A stretch of DNA of 64,000 bases, taken from positions 1,286-65,285 of the forward strand of contig DATCLK010000097.1 in assembly GCA_036563975.1 (NCBI GenBank), read 5' to 3'. The position numbers and the translations under genes are program-made. Below the pieces are notes generated by a model. The model did not search any database, was not told the DNA's origin, and saw nothing but the letters and a program-made list of their open reading frames with translations. Of this stretch, positions 46,038 through 54,979 are shown in pieces (positions within the stretch are counted from its first letter, which is position 1; each line of letters starts with the position of its first letter). Source of the stretch: Longimicrobiales bacterium (GTDB lineage Bacteria > Gemmatimonadota > Gemmatimonadetes > Longimicrobiales > RSA9).

Positions 46038-47360
46038 TCATCGGAGGACGGGCGCGAGGACCTCGAGCAGCTCGGGTCGCTGGCGGATCTCGCACTCGTA
46101 CGTCACGCGCGTGGAGGGGATGGGGATGGAGATCAGGCGGCCGAGGTCGACCGGCGTGCCGATCGCGACCGCTTCCGCTTCCGCCGCCGCGCGTCGGATC
46201 GTCTCCTCGAGCTCGCGGACCTGCGTCTCACCGTAGCCCATCGCTGGAAGCAGCGGGCCGATCGCGGGGTAGCGATCGAACACCTCGCGCACTTCGCCGA
46301 CCGCGTACGGCCGTGGGTCCACCAGCGCAGCCGCACCGGCCTCGCGGGCCGCGATGCTCGCGGCGCCGTAGGTCATCTCGCCGTGCGTCAGCGTCGGGCC
46401 GTCCTCGATCGCGAGGACCCGCTTGCCGCGCAGCACGTCGGGATCTCCGACGGTCAGCGGGAAAGCCGCCTCCAGGATCCTCGCACGCGGATTCACGGAC
46501 TGCACGTTGGCGCGCACGCGCTCGACCGCGCCTTCCGGCGCCGTGTCCACCTTGCTCACGATGATGGCATCCGCGAGGCGTACGTTGGTTTCGCCCGGGT
46601 AGTACGTCAGCTCGTCCCCTGCGCGGTGCGGATCGACGACCGTCAGGTAGACGCTCGCCTTGAGGAACGAGGTGTCGTTGTTGCCGCCCTCCCACACCAG
46701 CACGTCCGCCTCGGCTTCCGCACGTCGCAGGATCGCTTCGTAATCCACGCCCGCGTACACCACGCTCCCGGCCGCGATGTGCGGCTCGTACTCCTCGCGC
46801 TCCTCGATCGTTGTCTGGTAACGGTCCAGGTCCTCGTACGTCGCGAAACGCTGGACGGCCTGCCGCTCGAGATCCCCGTACGGCATCGGGTGGCGGAGGA
46901 TGGCCACGCGGCGGCCCGCCTCGCGGAGCATGTGCACGATCAGGCGGGTGACGGGGCTCTTCCCCGCGCCGGTGCGCGACGCACACACCGCGACCACCGG
47001 GCGCCGGCTCTCCAGCATGGTCCGCTCGGCGGCCAGCAAGAAAAAGTGTGCGCCGGCCGCGTTCGCGCGGGACGCGAGATGCATGACCGCGATGTGCGAG
47101 ACGTCGGAGTAGGCCATGACACACGCATCCACTCGGTGCTCTCGCACGAGCTCCTCGAGCCGGTCCTCCTCGTAGATGGGAATCCCTTGCGGGTACAGCG
47201 CGCCGGCCAGTGACGGGGGATAGGTCCGGTTCGCGATGTGGGGGATCTGTTGCGCGGTGAAGGCGACGACCTCGTAGGCGGGGTTGCCGCGGTACACCAC
47301 GTTGAAGTCGTGGAAGTCGCGTCCGGCCGCGCCCAGGATCAGGATCCGTGTTCGTGCCAT
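46038..47360 (-). CDS. P-loop protein of the cyclic 2,3-diphosphoglycerate synthetase-like family (predicted GTPase)
   Basis: 440-aa ORF with an N-terminal Rossmann-like segment (RILILGAAGRDFHDFN) and a Walker A-like motif (CASRTGAGKSPVT). The family call is from memory of this architecture and has not been searched. Confidence 0.6.
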   Translation of the reverse strand: MARTRILILGAAGRDFHDFNVVYRGNPAYEVVAFTAQQIPHIANRTYPPSLAGALYPQGIPIYEEDRLEELVREHRVDACVMAYSDVSHIAVMHLASRANAAGAHFFLLAAERTMLESRRPVVAVCASRTGAGKSPVTRLIVHMLREAGRRVAILRHPMPYGDLERQAVQRFATYEDLDRYQTTIEEREEYEPHIAAGSVVYAGVDYEAILRRAEAEADVLVWEGGNNDTSFLKASVYLTVVDPHRAGDELTYYPGETNVRLADAIIVSKVDTAPEGAVERVRANVQSVNPRARILEAAFPLTVGDPDVLRGKRVLAIEDGPTLTHGEMTYGAASIAAREAGAAALVDPRPYAVGEVREVFDRYPAIGPLLPAMGYGETQVRELEETIRRAAAEAEAVAIGTPVDLGRLISIPIPSTRVTYECEIRQRPELLEVLAPVLR

Positions 47361-47408
47361 CGCTTCCCGCTCAGGCGAGCGAACCGCCGCCGTTTCGGCC
47401 GCGCGCGG

Positions 47409-48659
47409 CTACGCGGCTCCGAGCACCTCCCGAATCGCCGGCAGGACGCCCTCGAGCTGCTCGCGCGTGGCGATCAGCGGCGGCGCGAAGCGAACGACCT
47501 GCTCGTGCGTCTCTTTGGCCAGGACCCCGCGGTGCATCAACGCCTCGCAGAACGCACGGGCTGGACCGGATTCCCGGCGGATCACCACTCCGATGAGGAG
47601 TCCGCGCCCGCGCACCTCTGCGATGTGCCGCGAGCGGATCCCGGCCAGCTCCGCCATGAACCAGCTCCCCACCTCGTTGGCTCGATCGGCCAGCCGCTCC
47701 TCGACGATCACCCGCAGCGAGGCACGCCCCACCGCCGCCGCCAGCGGATTGCCGCCGAACGTGGAGCCGTGCGTGCCCGGCGTGAATACGTCCATGATGG
47801 GTGCGTCGGCGAGCACGGCGGAGACCGGATATACGCCGCCTCCCAGCGCTTTCCCCAGCACCAGGATGTCCGGCCGCACGCCTTCCCACTCGCATGCGAA
47901 CATGCGGCCGGTCCGGCCGAGGCCCGTCTGGATCTCATCGGCGATGAGGAGCACGCCGCGCTCCCGGCACAATTCCGACGCAGCGCGCAGGTACCCTTCC
48001 GGCGGGACGACAACGCCGGCCTCGCCCTGGATCGGCTCGACCAGGAACGCTGCCGTCTCGGGCCCCAGCGCCGCCGCCAGCGCCGCGACGTCCCCGTAGG
48101 GGACGAGGCGGAAGCCCGGGGTGAACGGGCCGAAACCCTCCCGGTATTTCGGCTCGGACGAAAAGCCCACGATGGTCGTCGTCCGGCCGTGGAAGTTCCC
48201 TTCGCACACCACGATCTCGGCGCGATCCGCCGGCACGCCCTTCCGCTCGTACGCCCACTTGCGCGCGGCCTTGATCGCGGTCTCCACCGCCTCGGCGCCC
48301 GTGTTCATCGGCAGCGCCTTCTCGTAGCCGGCCAACCTGCACAGGTCGGCGAGGAACGGGCCGAGCTGGTCGTTGTGGAAGGCACGCGACGTCAGCGTCA
48401 ACCGGTCCGCCTGCTCGCGCAGCGCTGCGAGGATGCGCGGGTGCCGGTGCCCCTGGTTCAGCGCCGAGTACGCTGACAACATGTCCAGGTACCGCCGCCC
48501 GTCCACATCCCACACCCACACGCCCTCGCCGCGCTCGAGGACGACCGGCAGCGGCTCGTAGTTGTGCGCGCCCCAGCGCTCCGCCTCGGCGAGTGCTCGG
48601 CTCGCCCGTTCGCTCGCCGGCGCCGCCGGCGCAGCGGTGAGCTCCGAACGAGTCTTCAC
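47409..48659 (-). CDS. rocD: Ornithine aminotransferase (class III PLP aminotransferase)
   Basis: ORF 47409..48668: NYEPLPVVLERGEGVWVWDVDGRRYLDMLSAYSALNQGHRHPRI, with a class III fold throughout. Start preferred at GTG 48659 (GTGA overlap with the upstream stop, GGGGAG 8 nt upstream). GTG 48668 is also possible. Confidence 0.85.
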   Translation of the reverse strand: MKTRSELTAAPAAPASERASRALAEAERWGAHNYEPLPVVLERGEGVWVWDVDGRRYLDMLSAYSALNQGHRHPRILAALREQADRLTLTSRAFHNDQLGPFLADLCRLAGYEKALPMNTGAEAVETAIKAARKWAYERKGVPADRAEIVVCEGNFHGRTTTIVGFSSEPKYREGFGPFTPGFRLVPYGDVAALAAALGPETAAFLVEPIQGEAGVVVPPEGYLRAASELCRERGVLLIADEIQTGLGRTGRMFACEWEGVRPDILVLGKALGGGVYPVSAVLADAPIMDVFTPGTHGSTFGGNPLAAAVGRASLRVIVEERLADRANEVGSWFMAELAGIRSRHIAEVRGRGLLIGVVIRRESGPARAFCEALMHRGVLAKETHEQVVRFAPPLIATREQLEGVLPAIREVLGAA

Positions 48660-49195
48660 GGGCCCCACTCCCCACGGCCTGGCTCGTCAGGCACGCCACA
48701 CTCGGGGCACTGCGTCGCCAGGTACCTGACCCACTCGATCACCTCGTCCACCGGCGGCAGGTCCCGCGCCGTGTCCGCCTCGACGGCGTTGTAAACCACG
48801 CCCCAGCGGTCCGCGATCACCAGCGCGGCCCGGTCCGCAGGCACACCGAGCCGCCGCCGCACCTCGCCGTCCGGATCCGCCAGGACCGAAAACGGCACGC
48901 CATCCACGCTGCCGACCAGCCGTGCGGCGTTTTCCACCGACGCAGGCACGATCACCAGCGGCCGGCCTGCCCAGATGTCCAGAGAGTGGTGCGCCTGCGT
49001 GAGCCGCAGCAGCACCTCCGACCCCTCCTCTGGATCCGCAGAGCGAAGGACCACGATCACCGGTGCCCCACGCGCGGGCTCCCGCAGCGCCACCAGCCGC
49101 CCGTCCGGCACGGCCGGCAACGACGCCGCCGGCACCCGCTGGCCCGGCCGCAGGGGGGCTGCCGGTTGCATCGCCGCTGCCCGTGAGGTCGCCAT
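48656..49195 (-). CDS. Thioredoxin-fold (redoxin-like) protein lacking the canonical N-terminal Cys, with a C-terminal CPEC motif
   Basis: Lies in ORF 48656..49309. Start set at ATG 49195. Has a redoxin-like layout (PVIVVLRS...PLVIVPAS...FSVLADPDGEVRRRLGV...ALVIADRWGVV) and then YLATQCPECGVPD. Confidence 0.5.
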   Translation of the reverse strand: MATSRAAAMQPAAPLRPGQRVPAASLPAVPDGRLVALREPARGAPVIVVLRSADPEEGSEVLLRLTQAHHSLDIWAGRPLVIVPASVENAARLVGSVDGVPFSVLADPDGEVRRRLGVPADRAALVIADRWGVVYNAVEADTARDLPPVDEVIEWVRYLATQCPECGVPDEPGRGEWGP

Positions 49196-49226
49196 GGTAT
49201 TCCTCCCCAGCGCGTCGGCGGCGCGA

Positions 49227-49532
49227 TCAGCGCGAGACCGGCTTGCCCAGCCGCCGCTCGACGTCCCGGACCGCCTCGTTGAGCCGGTTCTTGCTCCCCT
49301 CGTGGTCATCCACCGCCAGCAGCATGTACACGCGATCGTGCTTCTCGCGGAGTCGCTGCTCCGCGCGGCGGATCACCGGCATGACTTCATCCCACTCCCC
49401 CTCGATCACCGTGTCCATGCCGGTCACCTCGTACGGAAGGCCGGAGCGGTCGATCTCCTGGACCACCTCGGACACCGGATCCACCAGCGAATCGCCGGCA
49501 CCAACCGGGAACATCGTGAGGCTGAAGAGCAT
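49227..49532 (-). CDS. MTH1187/YkoF family (DUF77) thiamine-binding-like protein
   Basis: 101-aa ORF: MLFSLTMFPVGAGDSLVDPVSEVVQEIDRSGLPYEVTGMDTVIEGEWDEVM, typical of this family. Confidence 0.75.
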   Translation of the reverse strand: MLFSLTMFPVGAGDSLVDPVSEVVQEIDRSGLPYEVTGMDTVIEGEWDEVMPVIRRAEQRLREKHDRVYMLLAVDDHEGSKNRLNEAVRDVERRLGKPVSR

Positions 49533-49810
49533 GGGCTACCTCCAGTGGAACGCAGGACGAGGTTCGGCGCGCCCGACAGCGCGTCCGAGGGAGGGCATTT
49601 CTCGTGCCGACTGCCTGGTCGCCGGCAGACCCGCTCGACTCGCGGGGCAACCTGCCCGCCATCACTGGCGCGCGCGGCCGGGCGTGCGCCTGGGCGCCGT
49701 GCCCCGCAGGTGGACCCCCGAAGCGACGAGCCCGACGCACCATTCGGCGCATCGGGCTCTCGTCGCTCAAAGCCTGTTTCTCGCGATCCGACGGCTCACC
49801 GCCGCCGCCA

Positions 49811-49893
49811 TGCCGAGGGTGGGACTCGAACCCACATGGGCTTGCGCCCGCGCGATTTTGAGTCGCGTGCGTCTGCCATTCCGCCACCCCGGC
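49811..49893 (-). tRNA. tRNA-Leu (anticodon CAA)
   Basis: The minus strand reads GCCGGGGTGGCGGAATGGCAGACGCACGCGACTCAAAATCGCGCGGGCGCAAGCCCATGTGGGTTCGAGTCCCACCCTCGGCA. It has a 7-bp acceptor stem (one G-U), a CUCAAAA anticodon loop, a long variable arm and a GGTTCGAGTCC T-loop. No encoded CCA. Confidence 0.9.
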
Positions 49894-50133
49894 GTGCTCT
49901 CTAAAGATAACCTCGCGGCGGCCTTCGCTCCAGGGCCACCGCCGTCGAGAACGGCCCGCCGACGGCGTGCGCTCCCGAGGCATCCGACGGGATCGGCTGG
50001 GCAGGCGGGGCAGCGGGAGCGGGGCGTTGACGCTCGGGGAGCGTCGTGATGCCGCGGTCCTCGTCCACATGCAGGCGGGGCGCCACCGGGAACCCGGAGC
50101 TGACGCCACGCCGTACCCCCGGATCCCACCGTC

Positions 50134-50862
50134 TCACTCCAGCGCCTTGGGCGGCCCCAGCACTTCGCTGAGGATCAGCGCGCGGCGCAACTCCGACCGG
50201 CCACCGAGTTGGAGCGGGATTCGGCTCGCTGCGCGCTCTCGCTGCGCCGGCGCTTTCGTGATCCGGGCGTGGAACGCGGCGTGGCGCTCGGCCGCAGGCG
50301 GCAGCGGCGCCTCGAGCGACACGACCGCCGGCTCGGTCTCGAGCGATGCCGCTCCCCCGGCCGGCTGCAGCACCTCGACCGATCGGTCCTCGCCGACAGG
50401 CACCGGGGCGGGCTCCGCCTCCAGCCCCGCCACCTCATCGGGTTCGAACTCGGACTCGATGTCCCCTTCGTCGTAATCCGGCTTGAAGCCTGGCTCGAAG
50501 TCCGGCTCGAGGTCAGGCACGTGCGCCCGCACCGGGCTCGTTTCTTCCCCCGCCTCCGGCGCACGCACGACGACCGGCCGCCGCTTCTCGCCCGTCAGGA
50601 TCTCCCACAACTCATCGGGGATCATGTCCGCCGCCGACGTGGACGCGGCTGCCTCCGTCTCGACCGGTGGCGCGACACCGGACTGCCCGGTCTCGTGCCG
50701 CGACCCCGCCGGCGCGCCGTGAGGCGGCACGTCCTCAGGTCGCGGCCGGGTCCGCGGCGGCGCGCCGCGCCGTGGCGGCGCCTGTGTCCCGCCGCCGAGC
50801 ACGCCCCTGAGGACGGACCAGAGGACGAATACCAGGAAGAGCAGCGAGCCGAAATCGTCCAC
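50134..50862 (-). CDS. Hypothetical acidic, Pro-rich protein with N-terminal TM helix
   Basis: 242-aa ORF starting 3 nt after the floA stop: MDDFGSLLFLVFVLWSVL..., then a Pro/Glu/Asp-rich low-complexity centre (PDLEPDFEPGFKPDYDEGDIESEFEPDE) and a C-terminal RSELRRALILSEVLGPPKALE. Confidence 0.6.
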   Translation of the reverse strand: MDDFGSLLFLVFVLWSVLRGVLGGGTQAPPRRGAPPRTRPRPEDVPPHGAPAGSRHETGQSGVAPPVETEAAASTSAADMIPDELWEILTGEKRRPVVVRAPEAGEETSPVRAHVPDLEPDFEPGFKPDYDEGDIESEFEPDEVAGLEAEPAPVPVGEDRSVEVLQPAGGAASLETEPAVVSLEAPLPPAAERHAAFHARITKAPAQRERAASRIPLQLGGRSELRRALILSEVLGPPKALE

Positions 50863-50865
50863 GGC

Positions 50866-51858
50866 TCAGCTTTCTCCGGTGGCGCTGCCGTCCGCACCGC
50901 CTGCGATCGCGTGGCGCATCTCTGTATCCGCCAACAGATTGCGGTAGCGCACGTAATCCATGATGCCAAGATTCCCCTTGCGGAACGCCTCGGCGATCGC
51001 CAGCGGGACCTGCGCCTCCGCTTCCACGACCCGGGCGCGCATCTCCTGGACCTTCGCCCGCATCTCCTGCTCGGCCGCGACCGCCATCGCCCGCCGCTCC
51101 TCGGCCTTCGCCTGCGCGATCCGCTTGTCCGCTTCGGCCTGGTCCGTCTGCAGCTCCGCGCCGATGTTCTTGCCCACGTCCACGTCGGCGATGTCAATGG
51201 ACAGGATCTCGTACGCGGTGCCCGCGTCCAGGCCCTTGGCGAGAACCTTCTTCGAGATCGAGTCCGGGTTCTCCAGCACGGCCTTGTGGGACTCACTCGA
51301 GCCGATCGTCGAGACGATCCCTTCGCCGACCCGCGCGAGAATGGTGTCTTCTCCCGCGCCGCCGACCAGCCGGTTGATGTTCGCACGCACGGTGACGCGG
51401 GCGGTCGCGATCAACTGGATCCCGTCTTTGGCCATGGCGGCCACGCGGGGCGTGTCGATGACCTTCGGGTTGACCGATACTCTCACCGCATCGAGCACAT
51501 CACGACCGGCCAGGTCGATCGCCGCCGCCTGCTGGAACGAGAGGTCGATGTTGGCCTTGTTGGCGCTGATCAGGGCCCTCACCACCCGGTCCACGTGGCC
51601 TCCGGCGAGGTAGTGGCCCTCGAGCTGCTTCGTCGTGAGATGAATGTCCGCCTGCGTCGCCCAGATGAGAGGCCGGACCACCGCCGCGGGGTTCACCTTC
51701 CTCAGCCGCATGCCGATCAGGTCCGTGAGCCCGATGCGCACCCCAGCGGACACCGCCTCCACCCACAGCCGGATCGGCACGGCCCAGGCCAGCAGCATGA
51801 GCAGCAGGACGCCGATGACGAGCAGGCCGATGGTGCTCACGAAAAGTCCTTCCTCCAT
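50866..51858 (-). CDS. floA: Flotillin-like protein FloA (SPFH, UPF0365/YqfA)
   Basis: 330-aa ORF with an N-terminal TM segment: [10 protein letters not shown]...[41 protein letters not shown]. Confidence 0.88.
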   Translation of the reverse strand: MEEGLFVSTIGLLVIGVLLLMLLAWAVPIRLWVEAVSAGVRIGLTDLIGMRLRKVNPAAVVRPLIWATQADIHLTTKQLEGHYLAGGHVDRVVRALISANKANIDLSFQQAAAIDLAGRDVLDAVRVSVNPKVIDTPRVAAMAKDGIQLIATARVTVRANINRLVGGAGEDTILARVGEGIVSTIGSSESHKAVLENPDSISKKVLAKGLDAGTAYEILSIDIADVDVGKNIGAELQTDQAEADKRIAQAKAEERRAMAVAAEQEMRAKVQEMRARVVEAEAQVPLAIAEAFRKGNLGIMDYVRYRNLLADTEMRHAIAGGADGSATGES

Positions 51859-51909
51859 GTCTGAACGCTCGCTCGTGAAGTGAGTGTCACGGTGCGACCT
51901 TCACGCCCA

Positions 51910-53286
51910 CTATCCCACGGGCCGGACCACGTGCCGGTATCCTTCGGCGCGCACGACGCGGACGGGCGTCCCCGCCGGGATCCAAACGCCCTCGCTGACC
52001 ACGTCGAGCCGCTCCTCGCCGAACTGCGCCACGCCGGCCGGCCGCAGGTCCGTCACGGCGACGCCTTCCGCGCCGATCAGGTCGGAGCGTGGCGGTGCCG
52101 AGAGGTAGCCGGCGTCGGCCGCCAGCGTCTCCTGGAGCACGATCCCGGTGCGCGCGAGCCCGCGACCCTTCGTGAGGGACCGGACGATCAGCCAGCCGCC
52201 CACCAGCACCAGCACGATGGTGAACGAGAGGGCGCCGGCCGCCTGACTGAAGTCCGCGGCCGTCGCCAGGTTGCCGACCAGACTCAGGTAGACGCTAGCC
52301 AACACCGCGAGGATGCCTCCGAGTCCAAGCAAGCCGAACCCCGGCACGAGGAAGATCTCCGCACCGAGCAGGACGAGGCCCACTCCGAGCAGAATGAGCT
52401 CTTCCCGGCCCGCCAGCCCGACGAGATAGTGGCTCCCGAAGAAGAGCGCCAGCGAGATGGCTCCTGCCAGCCCGGCCATCCCGAACGTCGGGGTCTTCAG
52501 CTCGATCAGCAGCCCGAGGAACCCCAGCGAGAGGAGCATCGGAGCGACCAGCGGGTGCGTCAGGAACCGCACGACCGCCTCGGCCCAGTTCACCTCGGTC
52601 GCGACGACCGTCGCGCCGGCAAGGTCGAGCTCCTCGAGCAGTGTATCCCAATCCGCCACTTCGCTGGCGTAGCCGACGCGCACCGCTTCCTCCGTCGTGA
52701 GCGTCAGGAGCTTACCGGGCTCCACCAACCCCTCCACTCCGACCTCCTCGTCCACCATGGCCTCCGCGACGCGCGGATCGAGCCCGCGCGCCTCGGCCAG
52801 GGCCCGCATCTCGCTGCGCATCGCGCTCACGATCTTCTCCGGCGCCTTCTCCCCTTCCCCGGTGACGGGCGTTGCCGCACCCATCATCGAGCCGGGCCGC
52901 ATGTAGACCTTGCGGGCCGCGAGGGCGATCATGGCGCCGGCCGAGAACGCGCGCCGGTTCACGAACGCGTAGACGGGCACGTCCGAGTCCGTGACCGCGT
53001 TGACGATCCGCTGCGCCGCATCCACGCGGCCACCCGGCGTCTCGATGTCGAGAATCACCGCCGCCGCGCCCGCGGCCGCGGCCTCGCGCAGACTGCGCTC
53101 GACGAACGGGGCGAGGCCGAGCTCGATGGTCCCCTGCACCGGCACACGGTAGACGATGGCCGGCTCGTCCGCGCCCCGCCCCTCCGGGGCGACGCCAGGA
53201 CCGCAGGCCGTGCCCAGTGCGGGCGCAGCGATGAGCGCTGCCGTCACGAGCCGCTTCACGGAGCGGCGCAGGGTCGATTCCATCAT
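51910..53286 (-). CDS. NfeD family membrane-bound ClpP-class serine protease
   Basis: Lies in ORF 51910..53454. Start set at ATG 53286 (MMESTLRR...), because upstream codons are A/T-ending. Has a ClpP-like N-domain (ILDIETPGGRVDAA, AFSAGAMIALA), four to five TM helices and a C-terminal OB-fold (GVAVTDLRPAGVAQFGEERLDVVSEG). Confidence 0.85.
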   Translation of the reverse strand: MMESTLRRSVKRLVTAALIAAPALGTACGPGVAPEGRGADEPAIVYRVPVQGTIELGLAPFVERSLREAAAAGAAAVILDIETPGGRVDAAQRIVNAVTDSDVPVYAFVNRRAFSAGAMIALAARKVYMRPGSMMGAATPVTGEGEKAPEKIVSAMRSEMRALAEARGLDPRVAEAMVDEEVGVEGLVEPGKLLTLTTEEAVRVGYASEVADWDTLLEELDLAGATVVATEVNWAEAVVRFLTHPLVAPMLLSLGFLGLLIELKTPTFGMAGLAGAISLALFFGSHYLVGLAGREELILLGVGLVLLGAEIFLVPGFGLLGLGGILAVLASVYLSLVGNLATAADFSQAAGALSFTIVLVLVGGWLIVRSLTKGRGLARTGIVLQETLAADAGYLSAPPRSDLIGAEGVAVTDLRPAGVAQFGEERLDVVSEGVWIPAGTPVRVVRAEGYRHVVRPVG

Positions 53287-53356
53287 ATCAATTCGATGTA
53301 CCCGCGGCATCCCGAAAGGATACGCGATTGGCTGGCGCAGCGGAGACCCCGGTCCC

Positions 53357-54142
53357 CTACTCCGACGGAACCGAGCGCAGGAGCTGGCGCGCATAGTACG
53401 CCCGGCGCAGGCCCAGCACGTGCTCGCCCCGGTCGTACGCCTCGCGCGCGCCACGGATCAGTCGCTCGGCCCGCTCCAGCCGCCGATCCGTGATCTCGCC
53501 CTGCGCCCGCCGCTGCGCGGCCAGGTCCGCCTCAAGTTCCGGCAGCAGCCGCCGCAGCACCGACCGCGGCGTGGTCTCGTCGAGGCGGTCGGCGGCGGCG
53601 ACGAGGGCAGCGACCGCCGCGGGATGATCCCCGGCCGCGGCCGCCGTCCGCGCCCGGCGCAACAGCGCGCGCGCCGCGAGCAGCGGCTCGCGCGTTCCCG
53701 GCAGCTCCGCCTGCCCGACCAGCTGCTCAGCGATGCCGAGCCAGCGCGTGGCCTCCCCCATCGCCTGCTCGATTCCGGCCGGGTCCAGCAGCAGCGCCAG
53801 GGGCGCGAGTCCCGTGGCGTAGGCCTCCGTGCGGAGCCGGGCCGCCTCCGCGCGGTCCGTGGCGGCGTTCGCGGCCAGCGCTAGATCCCGGGCCGAACGG
53901 AGCAGCCGTGTGGCCGCCTCGATCGAGTCCGACCCCGGTCCGCGCTTGTCCCGGCCCGCGGCCTCCTCGAGCGCTCGCGCGGCCAGTACGGGGAACGTGG
54001 GCAACCTGGCCGCGATGGAGAGGGCCGCTTCCAGCTCGCCCGCGGGCACGAGCGCGGCGGGCGCCGTGGGCGAATCACCGCAGCCGGTCAGCAGGACAAG
54101 CGCCGCGGCAGCCCCGGAAACACAGCGCGGGAACAGACGCAT
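53357..54142 (-). CDS. Hypothetical lipoprotein (helical, Ala/Arg/Leu-rich)
   Basis: Lies in ORF 53357..54205. Start preferred at ATG 54142, giving MRLFPRCVSGAAAALVLLTGC, which includes a lipobox (LTGC). Confidence 0.6.
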   Translation of the reverse strand: MRLFPRCVSGAAAALVLLTGCGDSPTAPAALVPAGELEAALSIAARLPTFPVLAARALEEAAGRDKRGPGSDSIEAATRLLRSARDLALAANAATDRAEAARLRTEAYATGLAPLALLLDPAGIEQAMGEATRWLGIAEQLVGQAELPGTREPLLAARALLRRARTAAAAGDHPAAVAALVAAADRLDETTPRSVLRRLLPELEADLAAQRRAQGEITDRRLERAERLIRGAREAYDRGEHVLGLRRAYYARQLLRSVPSE

Positions 54143-54218
54143 CCACTCTCGCCGAAGGGGAAACATCGGGCTGAAAAACCTAGTATCATCGCCGGACGCC
54201 GGCAACGGGATTCTCTAC

Positions 54219-54248
54219 TTGACCCCTCCCTGGACGGGGTCATAGGTT
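54219..54248 (+). promoter_or_regulatory. Candidate promoter of the TetR gene (near-leaderless geometry)
   Basis: TTGACC (54219-54224), an 18-nt spacer, then TAGGTT (54243-54248). The ATG is at 54258, only 9 nt after the -10. TTGACCC occurs twice, 28 bp apart (54219 and 54247). Confidence 0.35.
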
Positions 54249-54257
54249 GACCCTCGA

Positions 54258-54953
54258 ATGTCTGACCAGGGGCCTGGAGCGCGCATGAGGCAGGATCGCC
54301 CGGGGTACGACGAGAAACTCGCGACCATCCTGCGCGCGGCCGCCGCGGTCTTCGCGGAAAAAGGCTATCACCAGGCCAGCATTCGCGACATCAGCCGTGC
54401 GACGGGCGTCAGCCTCTCGGGCCTGTACTATTACGTTCGCAGCAAGGAGGAGCTTCTGTTCCTCATCCAGGACCACTGCTTCGGCGCGGTCCTGGAGAAC
54501 CTGGAGCGGATCCTGCGCGAGACCGAGGACCCGCGCGTCCGCCTGCGCTTGTTCGTGGAGAACCACGTCCGGTTCTTCGCGAGCAACATGCAGGAGATGA
54601 AGGTGCTGTCGCACGAGGCCGATTCGTTGAGCGGCGAGTTCCGGCGGCGAGTCAACGCCAAGAAAAAGCGGTACACGGATCTGTGCATGGGCATCCTGCA
54701 GGAGCTGGGGCCCGCCGGGAGTCGCATCGACCTGCGTGTCGCCACCTTCGGGCTCTTCGGGATGCTGAACTGGATCTACAACTGGTATCACCCGGGTCGA
54801 GACGTCCCCGTCGAGGAGCTGGCGGAAGGCTTCTGCCGGCTCTTCTTGCAGGGTTATCTCGCCGCGGACAGCGACAGTGCTGGCGCCGCGCTGCCGGCGG
54901 GTGCGGTGGAAGCCATGATCGCTGGGCCTGGTCCTTCGATCTGGCGACGCTGA
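54258..54953 (+). CDS. TetR/AcrR family transcriptional regulator
   Basis: 231-aa ORF with an HTH: AAAVFAEKGYHQASIRDISRATGVSLSGLYYYVRSKEELL. Confidence 0.9.
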   Translation: MSDQGPGARMRQDRPGYDEKLATILRAAAAVFAEKGYHQASIRDISRATGVSLSGLYYYVRSKEELLFLIQDHCFGAVLENLERILRETEDPRVRLRLFVENHVRFFASNMQEMKVLSHEADSLSGEFRRRVNAKKKRYTDLCMGILQELGPAGSRIDLRVATFGLFGMLNWIYNWYHPGRDVPVEELAEGFCRLFLQGYLAADSDSAGAALPAGAVEAMIAGPGPSIWRR

Positions 54954-54979
54954 CGACCGACACAGAGGGAGAGATCACC

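Noticed and set aside
49533-49700. A possible TPP (THI-box) riboswitch upstream of the DUF77/YkoF-family gene, since that family is often thiamine-linked.
   Set aside because: I read the minus strand for the conserved CUGAGA and ACCUGAUCUGGAUAAUGCCAGCG-type elements and found neither. The proper check is still a cmsearch with the TPP model.
49894-50133. tRNA-Leu as an integration site for a genomic island, covering the flanking floA/nfeD side or the DUF77-rocD side.
   Set aside because: There is no integrase, excisionase, phage or transposase gene anywhere in the window. I did not find a direct repeat of the tRNA 3' end nearby. Flanking gene composition and codon style look like the rest of the window.
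53287-53454. An upstream extension of the nfeD ORF to ATG 53454 or ATG 53310.
   Set aside because: Codons between 53310 and 53287 end mostly in A/T (gta cat cga att gat). The extension would also precede the obvious N-terminal signal/TM segment that begins at MMESTLRRSVKRLVTAALIAAPALG.
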